From: Nitrosopumilaceae archaeon
GTDB lineage: Archaea > Thermoproteota > Nitrososphaeria > Nitrososphaerales > Nitrosopumilaceae
Direction of reading: 5' to 3'
DNA: 16,007 nt
Assembly (NCBI GenBank): GCA_052389415.1
Contig: JBQTHX010000063.1
Coordinates: 1 to 16,007 of the forward strand
Position numbers and translations under genes: made by a program. Of the stretch, positions 8,576 to 16,007 are shown piece after piece (position 1 is the stretch's first letter; the number at the start of each line of letters is the position of its first letter). The notes under the pieces were generated by a model that saw only the letters and a list, made by a program, of their open reading frames with translations, ran no database searches and was not told where the DNA came from.

Positions 8576-9418
8576 ATGGAAAAAATAAAACAAAATTCCC
8601 ATGTGCTCTTTTTTTATAACGATTCTAAAAAATGGTTGATGAAAATTTCAAAAAAACAACAATTTCATACACACGTAGGAGTAATTGATCACAGTAAAGC
8701 AATAGGAAAAGAGTTTGGTTCTACAATCACAACCAACAAGGGCAAATACATCTATCTTTTGGAACCTACAATACATGATTATGTTATGAAGAGTCAACGA
8801 AGTACCCAAATTGTATATCCAAAGGATTTAGGATACATTGCTGCAAGAACTGGACTTCAAAGCGGTCAAAAAATTATTGAGATAGGAACTGGAAGTGGTT
8901 CGCTCACAACATTTCTTGCAAGTATAGTAAAACCTCGTGGGCATGTTTACACATATGATGTTGATTCAAATTTTATGGAAATTGCAAGAAAAAATATCGA
9001 AAAAGCAGGTGTAGACAAATATGTTTCTATGGAAAAATTGGATTTGAAAACAACCAAGAAAATCCCGCAAAGAGATGCCGATTTGGTTGTAGTTGATCTT
9101 GGAGATCCTTGGTCAGTAGTGCCACAAGCAAGAAAGATGCTAAAGGGGAGCGGATCATTTGTCGCAATATGCCCAACTATGAATCAACTTGAAAAACTTG
9201 TGACAAATCTTCGGGAAAATGATTTCTTTGATATTGAATGTACAGAACAACTAGTTCGAACAATTGAAGCCCGTGAGGGAAAAACTAGGCATTCATTTAG
9301 AAGTATTGGTCATACTACCTATGTGGCTTTTGCAAGAAAGGTGTTTACTCCTAAAAAAGAATTAAAGAATAGAAAAAAAATTAAAGATGAAGAAATTGAA
9401 TCTAAAAACTTTGAATAA
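8576..9418 (+). CDS. trmI: tRNA (adenine-57/58-N1)-methyltransferase
   Basis: TQIVYPKD, SAM-binding IEIGTGSGSL, DLGDPW, GHTTY; TrmI/Gcd14 family. Confidence 0.93.
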   Translation: MEKIKQNSHVLFFYNDSKKWLMKISKKQQFHTHVGVIDHSKAIGKEFGSTITTNKGKYIYLLEPTIHDYVMKSQRSTQIVYPKDLGYIAARTGLQSGQKIIEIGTGSGSLTTFLASIVKPRGHVYTYDVDSNFMEIARKNIEKAGVDKYVSMEKLDLKTTKKIPQRDADLVVVDLGDPWSVVPQARKMLKGSGSFVAICPTMNQLEKLVTNLRENDFFDIECTEQLVRTIEAREGKTRHSFRSIGHTTYVAFARKVFTPKKELKNRKKIKDEEIESKNFE

Positions 9419-9637
9419 ACATTGTTCTTAGAAAACAAGATAATTTCATATTTGGAAATTATCCTATGTTTTCAAGTTTGGAAATCACAGAAGATTTTTT
9501 GATCACATTTGGAATATACTACTAGTAAAGATCGCATAAAGAAATTTATATCTTGATCAACAATGTGATAAGTCTTGATCTTGAATACAGCAATCATTTC
9601 TCATTTTAGAAATTTAAAAGAGGGTAATTTTCAATAA

Positions 9638-11902
9638 ATGAACCAATTGAATAAAATTTCAAAATCAAGAAAAATGTTGGCTCTATTAGCAGGACTCTTG
9701 ATCTTTTATCCTGCAATTTCTTATGCGCAATCAAGTAATGGATCAATTGAAGTCAATGCCGTTTACATCAACGGAGATAGACTGGCTACTCCAGGATTAG
9801 TAGTAAAGGTTTTTCAAGATTATTCTGACACTCCATTTAGGATAATTGATGCACTACCAAGCAGCCAATTTGGTATTTCTGATCTTCCTTTAAAGCATGA
9901 TTATCGAGTGGAAATCTATCAATACGGTCTCTTCTTAGGAGAAGAGAGCATATTTACAAAAAATGTTGATGAAAAACTCTTAATCGTTATTCAAGTTCCT
10001 AAAGGGGTACTCTTCAATGTTTTTTATAATGATGGCCAAACTCCAATAAAAGATGCAATGGTAAGGGTTTCATCGTTTGAGGGTGTTTTTGTAGGCGATA
10101 GTCTTACCGATTCTGATGGAAAGACATCACGCTTCTGGTTACCTCCAACCAGAACTAACGAATATTATTCTGCAAACGTAACTTTGGGAGAGGATCTCTC
10201 ATACAATTTTTCTGACCTGCCAGTGGTTCATGGTGCACCTGGTGAGGTAAGAATTGTTACACCATGGCCTTCGGTAATTAATAATCTTATTACAGTACAA
10301 CTCTATGAAAGCCCATCAGAGAAATCAAGTGCGTCAAAAGAACGTTTCATGGTGGAGCTATATGACAGCAAAAATAATAAAATTGCAGAATCCAAAGTTA
10401 CTGATAAAGGACAAGCATTTTTCTCAAAAATTAAAGTTGATACCTATACCTTCCACGTTCTCCAAGAAGGAATGTTAAACAATACCAAATGGGAACCATT
10501 GGAGGTAATAATTGATGGAACCCAGCAAGAAATAAAGATCACAAAAACTGTCATTCTTCCTCCGCTAGAAGAAGTGGTAGTGCCAGAAATTACACCGACT
10601 GAAAATATATCTAATCAAACACAAACCACTGATAAAATAAATGGTTGTAATTGTGTTGCATTTAGGTTAGATGATGTGCAAGACTATTACCTGAATGCCT
10701 CACAAATTGCAGTAATGGAAAAGTTTCAAGAAAAAAATGCAGGTCTGACTATTGGTATTATAGGTTCAGTAATAGGATCAGATGAGGAACTAATATCTAC
10801 AATCAAGAGCTTGCAATTAGATCCTGATCATATTTTGTCAATTGCTAACCAAGGATGGTCTGGAGATCTACTTACAAGTTTCTCAAAATTTGATCAAGAA
10901 AGACAAATTCTCAAAAGCAATGAACAAATCAAATCAGTGTTCGGTGTTACACCTACAGTATTCTTTCCACCCTCAAATGCGTTTAATGATGATACAATAA
11001 CTGTTTTAAAAAATAATGATTTTACACATTTTAGCGCATTTGGAGTAATCGATCCTCCGCCATATCCACTTGCGAATTCTACATTCTATCGTTTCCCAAG
11101 TTATACTTTAACTGGACAATATGATGCTGATGCAGGAAACTGGCTGCCTAATGATATCACTAAAGTTAAAGAATCGATTCAAAGAAGTTTGGTAGAACAT
11201 GGGTTTGCTATAGTATTAATGCATCCCTACGAATTCTCCATATTTGACGGAGAGACGTACACAGGTGAGGTAAACGAAGATGCTATAGAAAGTCTTGGAA
11301 TACTCCTTGATGATTTACGTTCAGATAAATTAAAGATTGTAAAGATAAACCAGATTAATTTTGCTTCTGCTGACTCGAATCTAGATTCTGATATGCCAAA
11401 ACCTTCAACTGGCAAGCCAAAACCGATTATTAACGATACACAGATTCCAGACAGTGGAATAGTTATTGAAAAACCAGAGAATAGTGATTCCAAAACCAAT
11501 GGATGTCTTATCGCAACCGCTACCTATGGTTCAGAGCTCTCTCCACAAGTTCAAACCTTGCGAGAAATCAGAGACCAGATGCTGATGAAGACAGATTCAG
11601 GAAGATCCTTTATGATTTCGTTTAATCAATTCTATTATTCATTTTCGCCTACAGTTGCAGATTGGGAGCGATCTAATCCTGTTCTCAAGGATCTAGTAAA
11701 GATAATCATTACTCCACTGATTGGCACTCTTTCAATCTTAACCTATCTAGATATTGACTCAGAAGCTGAGATGATAACATATGGTGTAATGCTGATAAGT
11801 CTGAATTTGGGAATATACTTTGCATTGCCAACGCTACTGATTTTCAAAATCAATGAGAAAATAAAAACAAGAAAACTTAAAGAATTTAGTCAGATCAACT
11901 GA
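9638..11902 (+). CDS. Secreted, surface-anchored protein: beta-sandwich domains, CE4/NodB-like polysaccharide deacetylase domain, CFI-box-CTERM
   Basis: Signal peptide (LALLAGLLIFYPAISYA|Q). Deacetylase-like motifs CNCVAFRLDD, FFPPSNAFN and IVLMHPYEF. GCLIATATYGSELSPQVQTLREIRD...FNQFYYSFSP begins at 11501, followed by a C-terminal TM helix and basic tail. Confidence 0.88.
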   Translation: MNQLNKISKSRKMLALLAGLLIFYPAISYAQSSNGSIEVNAVYINGDRLATPGLVVKVFQDYSDTPFRIIDALPSSQFGISDLPLKHDYRVEIYQYGLFLGEESIFTKNVDEKLLIVIQVPKGVLFNVFYNDGQTPIKDAMVRVSSFEGVFVGDSLTDSDGKTSRFWLPPTRTNEYYSANVTLGEDLSYNFSDLPVVHGAPGEVRIVTPWPSVINNLITVQLYESPSEKSSASKERFMVELYDSKNNKIAESKVTDKGQAFFSKIKVDTYTFHVLQEGMLNNTKWEPLEVIIDGTQQEIKITKTVILPPLEEVVVPEITPTENISNQTQTTDKINGCNCVAFRLDDVQDYYLNASQIAVMEKFQEKNAGLTIGIIGSVIGSDEELISTIKSLQLDPDHILSIANQGWSGDLLTSFSKFDQERQILKSNEQIKSVFGVTPTVFFPPSNAFNDDTITVLKNNDFTHFSAFGVIDPPPYPLANSTFYRFPSYTLTGQYDADAGNWLPNDITKVKESIQRSLVEHGFAIVLMHPYEFSIFDGETYTGEVNEDAIESLGILLDDLRSDKLKIVKINQINFASADSNLDSDMPKPSTGKPKPIINDTQIPDSGIVIEKPENSDSKTNGCLIATATYGSELSPQVQTLREIRDQMLMKTDSGRSFMISFNQFYYSFSPTVADWERSNPVLKDLVKIIITPLIGTLSILTYLDIDSEAEMITYGVMLISLNLGIYFALPTLLIFKINEKIKTRKLKEFSQIN

Positions 11903-11936
11903 TTTCAAAAATTTTTTACAAGTTATTTTGAAATCA
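11900..11936 (+). terminator. 11-bp perfect inverted repeat around a T-run at the gene end
   Basis: TGATTTCAAAA (11900-11910) and TTTTGAAATCA (11926-11936), with a 15-nt spacer containing TTTTTT. Confidence 0.5.
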
Positions 11937-12033
11937 CAAGTCTGTTTTCATTATTTTATCTGGACTAAATTAATTTCTTATAGATGTCCATCGATCATGT
12001 TATTTTCAAATGGTTCCAAAATTGGGACGATAT

Positions 12034-12061
12034 GGTAATATAATTTTAAAAAAATATTACC
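12034..12061. promoter_or_regulatory. Inverted repeat flanking a TATA-like element upstream of the oxidase gene
   Basis: GGTAATAT-N12-ATATTACC, with TTTTAAAA in the spacer. Confidence 0.45.
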
Positions 12062-12121
12062 GGTGTATGGATGAGATGAGCACACTATGTAAAATAATAA
12101 AATTGTACGGAGTCGGGCAAA

Positions 12122-13780
12122 ATGTCTTCTGACAGATTTTCAAGAAGAGATTTTCTAAAGCTTGTTGCAGCTGGGGCTGGACTTTTTACCTTTGGTAAGC
12201 TAGTTGATATTAGCGGATTTTTAAAACAATCCTCAAAAGGAATCCAATCAGATGGGTCGAATCTTCTGCCTTCTGCAAACGCACAAACACCAGATCCGTG
12301 GGAATTTGGACCTCCAGTATGGGTAACTGCAATCCATGCTGCTTTGCTTCCTACTGGAAAGCTTCTCATTGTAGCAGGTTCAGGATATCATAACGAGACT
12401 GCAGACGGTCCGTATGAAGCAAAAATTATGGACGTGAACGGTAATGAAGAAATCAGTTTCAATTTTGTCGATGATCCCTGGTGTTGTGGCCAAACTAACC
12501 TTGGTAATGGAAACATTTTGTGGGCAGGTGGTACATTAGGATATGACGTACAAAATACTGCGGGAGTATTTCAGGGAGACAAACTTGCTTATGAATTCAA
12601 CGTTTACACCAATAAATTCGAGAAACTTGTTGACATGATGCATGGAAGATGGTATCCAACATGTTTGGTTCTTCCAGATGGCAAAGTGTTTGTTGTATCA
12701 GGTCTGGACGAATACGGCCAAAGAAACGCACTAATTGAAATTTACGATCCTGTAACAAGAACTTTTACTGTTCAATATGATCCTGGTTCTGGCAACACAT
12801 ATTGCGTTGGCCAGGGCATAAATCTTCCAGGCGCTGGTTCTCCATGTTATGGTGGACCTGGTCAAGGCGTTAGTCCTTGGATTTCATTGTATCCAAGAAT
12901 GCATTTGATGCCAAGTGGTCTTATTGCATCAGTTGGAATGCAACATTATGTACACATCATTAATCCAATCACTGGCGAATGGGGGACAAGTATTGGTGAC
13001 ACCCAGTATTCATGGAGAGACTATGGAACCTCATTTTTACTTCCTCTACACAACACCGCATCTGAAAGAGGAAAAGTTATGATTGCAGGAGGAAGTATTG
13101 ATTGGGCATCTCCTGCTACTGCAACATGTGAGATGTTGGACTTTGATGCTGGCACAAATACTGCTCCAGTTTTTCGTTCAACAGGTTCCCTTACTGTTGG
13201 ACGAAGATTCCCTGTACCTGTAATACTTCCGACAGGTCAACTTATGGTTTCGGGAGGTGCTTATGGCTTGGCCGATCAATATACTCGTTCTACCGAATTA
13301 TTCGAACCTCTAACTGAAACTTGGACAACCGATCCTGTTGATGCCAAGGTTTCAAGAACATATCATCAAACTGGATTGCTTTTACTTGATGGCAGAGTTT
13401 GGACTGCCTCTGGACAACCAAATAGGGCTGAGTGGGAAAGAAGGACAGAGATTTATAGTCCGTGGTATATTTTTGCAGGATCTAGACCTGTAATTAATGG
13501 AAGAGTAAATTCTGCGCCATATGGTGGAACAATTAGAATTCCTACTACAGATGGCTCTAGTATTGAAAGTGTATCTCTTGTAAGGCTACCGACATATACT
13601 CATCATTACGATCCGAATATGCGTTTGATCTGGCTCCAGATTATGTCCGATGATTCTACAGGGATTAATGTATCTGCACCCTTGAACTCAAGAATCGCAC
13701 CTCCTGGTGATTACATGATTCATATTCTCAATACTGCAGGAGTGCCCTCTGAAGCCAAAGTAGTGAGGATACCTGGATGA
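12122..13780 (+). CDS. Tat-exported galactose oxidase/GlxA-like copper radical oxidase (CAZy AA5-like; Kelch propeller plus DUF1929)
   Basis: Tat motif SRRDFLK. WCCG and RWYPT supply the Cys-Tyr cofactor pair. RTYHQ and YTHH supply the copper ligands. C-terminal APPGDYMIHILNTAGVPSEAKVVRI is typical of DUF1929. Confidence 0.92.
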   Translation: MSSDRFSRRDFLKLVAAGAGLFTFGKLVDISGFLKQSSKGIQSDGSNLLPSANAQTPDPWEFGPPVWVTAIHAALLPTGKLLIVAGSGYHNETADGPYEAKIMDVNGNEEISFNFVDDPWCCGQTNLGNGNILWAGGTLGYDVQNTAGVFQGDKLAYEFNVYTNKFEKLVDMMHGRWYPTCLVLPDGKVFVVSGLDEYGQRNALIEIYDPVTRTFTVQYDPGSGNTYCVGQGINLPGAGSPCYGGPGQGVSPWISLYPRMHLMPSGLIASVGMQHYVHIINPITGEWGTSIGDTQYSWRDYGTSFLLPLHNTASERGKVMIAGGSIDWASPATATCEMLDFDAGTNTAPVFRSTGSLTVGRRFPVPVILPTGQLMVSGGAYGLADQYTRSTELFEPLTETWTTDPVDAKVSRTYHQTGLLLLDGRVWTASGQPNRAEWERRTEIYSPWYIFAGSRPVINGRVNSAPYGGTIRIPTTDGSSIESVSLVRLPTYTHHYDPNMRLIWLQIMSDDSTGINVSAPLNSRIAPPGDYMIHILNTAGVPSEAKVVRIPG

Positions 13781-13827
13781 TAATTACAAAAATTATCGTA
13801 GCCTCAGATTTCATGGAGGACTACTAG

Positions 13828-14541
13828 ATGTTATCAATCAAGAAATCACATAGAACGCTTCCTTTCTTCATGTTACTAGGTCTTGTAGCCATAGCTACAA
13901 CATCTGCCATTCTCTACCTTCCTTCTTTATCAAGCGACGAAGTTCATCAAACAAAACATACACTTTTAAGAGAATCTGAAGCGGTTCATTTTCCTTTAGA
14001 GATAACCCAAGTCTATAAGGAATTTGAAACTGAGGGAGATACAGATTCAGGCGCTGAGCATCTAAAAATTTATGAAAATGTAATTGATACGGAGCGTCAT
14101 TGCGAATTTTGTATTGCCTTCGTTTATACGCCCGGTAATTTGGGTAAAGCTGAAGTTGCATTTTCATCCACTGTAAAAGGCTATGATCTTTCAGAAGCAA
14201 AAAAAGTTTCTTTCTATATTATGGGAGACAAGGGCGATGAAGTAGTAACATTAAAGGCTGGAGGCAAAAAAACATTGCCGAATGTCATAGACAAGAAATC
14301 AAAAGAATTTGCTGCTACAACAAAACCAATCAAGCTTGAGAAACAATGGCAAAAGCTAGAGATTGATTTAAAGAATAAAGATCTAAAGGATGTAATCTAT
14401 CCCTTTGGCATTGAATTTACAGATAATAAGAATGGACAGCCTGTAGTGATGTTTGTCAAATGGATAAAATATGAAGCTACTGAGCCAACAAATCCACTTC
14501 CTAATGAAACTATACCTGATGATATCGGAGGTTCTCAGTAA
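13828..14541 (+). CDS. Secreted or membrane-anchored protein with galactose-binding-like (CBM-like) beta-sandwich
   Basis: N-terminal hydrophobic segment. YDLSEAKKVSFYIMGDKGDEVVTLKAGG...LEKQWQKLEIDL resembles CBM11/CIA30-like modules. GGAGGA Shine-Dalgarno sequence upstream. Confidence 0.65.
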   Translation: MLSIKKSHRTLPFFMLLGLVAIATTSAILYLPSLSSDEVHQTKHTLLRESEAVHFPLEITQVYKEFETEGDTDSGAEHLKIYENVIDTERHCEFCIAFVYTPGNLGKAEVAFSSTVKGYDLSEAKKVSFYIMGDKGDEVVTLKAGGKKTLPNVIDKKSKEFAATTKPIKLEKQWQKLEIDLKNKDLKDVIYPFGIEFTDNKNGQPVVMFVKWIKYEATEPTNPLPNETIPDDIGGSQ

Positions 14542-16007
14542 TGATCAAAAAAAATCGACAGGTTTCAAATTTAATTATGCTAACTATTGCTGTAGTATTT
14601 ACCTTATCAACACTTTTTAGTCCGGAAATGGTTTTGTCAACGCATACGACAAATACAATAACTCACATGTCTGATACTACACGAAGTACCAGTGTACTTA
14701 CTTTTAGCGGTAGACAGATTAATGCAGAACTTGTTACTCCAACTTCTCAGTTAATTGGAGATAACATCGATAGTATCACTTTACGTTTACATAGAGTAGG
14801 ATCACCGACGGGAACTGCAAATATAGGAGTGTTCGATGCTAACCTGAATATCAAACAGCTGTTTGGAACAGTTAATGTTTCGACGCTGCCAACAAAATAT
14901 CAGGACTTTGAATTCAAACTGGCTAATTTTGCTTTTTACACAATACAGTCAGGCGACAGAATAGGCATTCAATTTACTGGAGGTTCTTCCTCAAGTGGAG
15001 TGAATTTGCAGATTGATACAAGAAGTCAAGAGCCATTTGATGGGATCTCGTCACATCGCACTAGGCACGAATCTTCATGGATAAATAGCACGACTGAAGA
15101 TGTGTACATGATTTTAAGATGGACTCCACAAGATATCACTCATCCAACAGTATCAAGTGTTTCGTCTCCAACAGCTAACGGCACATACGGTGTAGGAACT
15201 ACTATTCCAGTAACTGTGACCTTCAATGAACCAGTTATTGTTACAGGAACTCCTAGAATCCAACTTGAAACAGGCGCAATTGATAGGCAGGTAAACTATT
15301 CTAGCGGTTCTGGTACTAACACTCTTACTTTCAACTATCTAGTACAAACAGGTGATTCTTCGTTAGATCTCAACTATGTTGCAACAAACTCACTTACACT
15401 AAACGGTGGAACAATCAGGGATCTTGCTTTTAACGATGCAGTCCTTACTCTTCCAGCAACAGGTTCTGCAAGCTCACTTGGTGGTAGCAAGGCAATAGTG
15501 ATTGATACAACAGCACCAACAGTATCAAGTGTTTCGTCTCCAACAGCTAACGGTACATACGGTGTAGGAACTATTATCCCAATTACCGTGACCTTTAATG
15601 AAGCAGTTACTGTTACAGGATTTCCACAACTTCAACTTGAAACAGGTACTGTTGATAGACAAGCGGACTATGCTAGCGGTTCTGGCACGACCGTTCTCAC
15701 TTTCAACTATCTAGTACAAGCTGGAGACTCTTCGTTAGATCTCAACTATGTTGCAACAAACTCACTTACACTAAACGGTGGAACGATCACAGACGCTGTA
15801 CTAAACAACGCAGTCCTTACTCTTCCAGCAACAGGTTCTGCAAGCTCACTTGGTGGTAGCAAGGCAATAGTGATTGATACAACAGCACCAACACTAGTGT
15901 TATCAACAACTGCATCTGATCCAACAAACGTATCACCAATTCCAGTCACAGCAACATTTAGTGAAAATGTTACAGGATTCGTACTAGCAGACATTACAGT
16001 AACAAAC
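14541..16007 (+). CDS. Large secreted adhesin-like protein with bacterial Ig-like repeats, 3' end outside window
   Basis: Translated by hand: 489 open codons from an ATG overlapping the previous TAA (TAATG), with GGAGGT upstream. Signal peptide MIKKNRQVSNLIMLTIAVVFTLSTLF, a unique domain of about 160 aa, two 124-aa repeats (PTVSSVSSPTANGTYGVG...VTFNE.V.VTG.P...YSSGSGT..LTFNY.VQ.GD...LNGGTI.D), then the start of another Ig-like domain (PIPVTATFSENVTGF...DITVTN). Confidence 0.9.
   Translation, partial: MIKKNRQVSNLIMLTIAVVFTLSTLFSPEMVLSTHTTNTITHMSDTTRSTSVLTFSGRQINAELVTPTSQLIGDNIDSITLRLHRVGSPTGTANIGVFDANLNIKQLFGTVNVSTLPTKYQDFEFKLANFAFYTIQSGDRIGIQFTGGSSSSGVNLQIDTRSQEPFDGISSHRTRHESSWINSTTEDVYMILRWTPQDITHPTVSSVSSPTANGTYGVGTTIPVTVTFNEPVIVTGTPRIQLETGAIDRQVNYSSGSGTNTLTFNYLVQTGDSSLDLNYVATNSLTLNGGTIRDLAFNDAVLTLPATGSASSLGGSKAIVIDTTAPTVSSVSSPTANGTYGVGTIIPITVTFNEAVTVTGFPQLQLETGTVDRQADYASGSGTTVLTFNYLVQAGDSSLDLNYVATNSLTLNGGTITDAVLNNAVLTLPATGSASSLGGSKAIVIDTTAPTLVLSTTASDPTNVSPIPVTATFSENVTGFVLADITVTN
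15144..15887 (+). repeat. Two tandem 372-nt repeats (124-aa Ig-like domain)
   Basis: Copies at 15144-15515 and 15516-15887, both beginning CCAACAGTATCAAGTGTTTCGTCTCCAACAGCTAACGG. Confidence 0.93.

Noticed and set aside
15144-15887. Repeat pair as a diversity-generating retroelement TR/VR
   Set aside because: Both copies are in-frame tandem domains, differences are not limited to adenines, and no reverse transcriptase is in the window.
5396-15994. Remaining short antisense track ORFs (5396, 6055, 7228, 11227, 12085, 13895, 15746)
   Set aside because: Each lies wholly or almost wholly opposite a well-supported gene and shows no recognisable motif.

Overview
AT-rich archaeal DNA, most likely from an ammonia-oxidising archaeon (Nitrososphaerota/Thaumarchaeota). 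This is inferred from the archaeal-type ArgS, TrmI, DRG GTPase, TA0175-type phosphatase, TATA-like elements close to start codons, and a CFI-box-CTERM sorting domain. Left part: a truncated class III nucleotide cyclase (absent from the ORF track), a membrane-anchored hypothetical protein, and a collagen-like protein with 105 uninterrupted Gly-X-Y triplets and no signal peptide. Middle: a minus-strand run of an MJ1316/DUF504-like gene, a DRG GTPase, a 58-aa zinc ribbon and a 35-aa protamine/H1-like peptide (the last two missed by the ORF track), then PGP phosphatase, argS and trmI. Right part (9638 to end): an accessory cell-surface cluster encoding a CFI-box-anchored CE4 deacetylase-like protein with a degenerate metal site, a Tat-exported GlxA-like copper radical oxidase, a carbohydrate-binding-like protein, and a large Ig-repeat adhesin that runs off the window. 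This cluster and the small basic peptide are the best candidates for something undescribed. All family calls come from motif recognition by eye; no searches were run.
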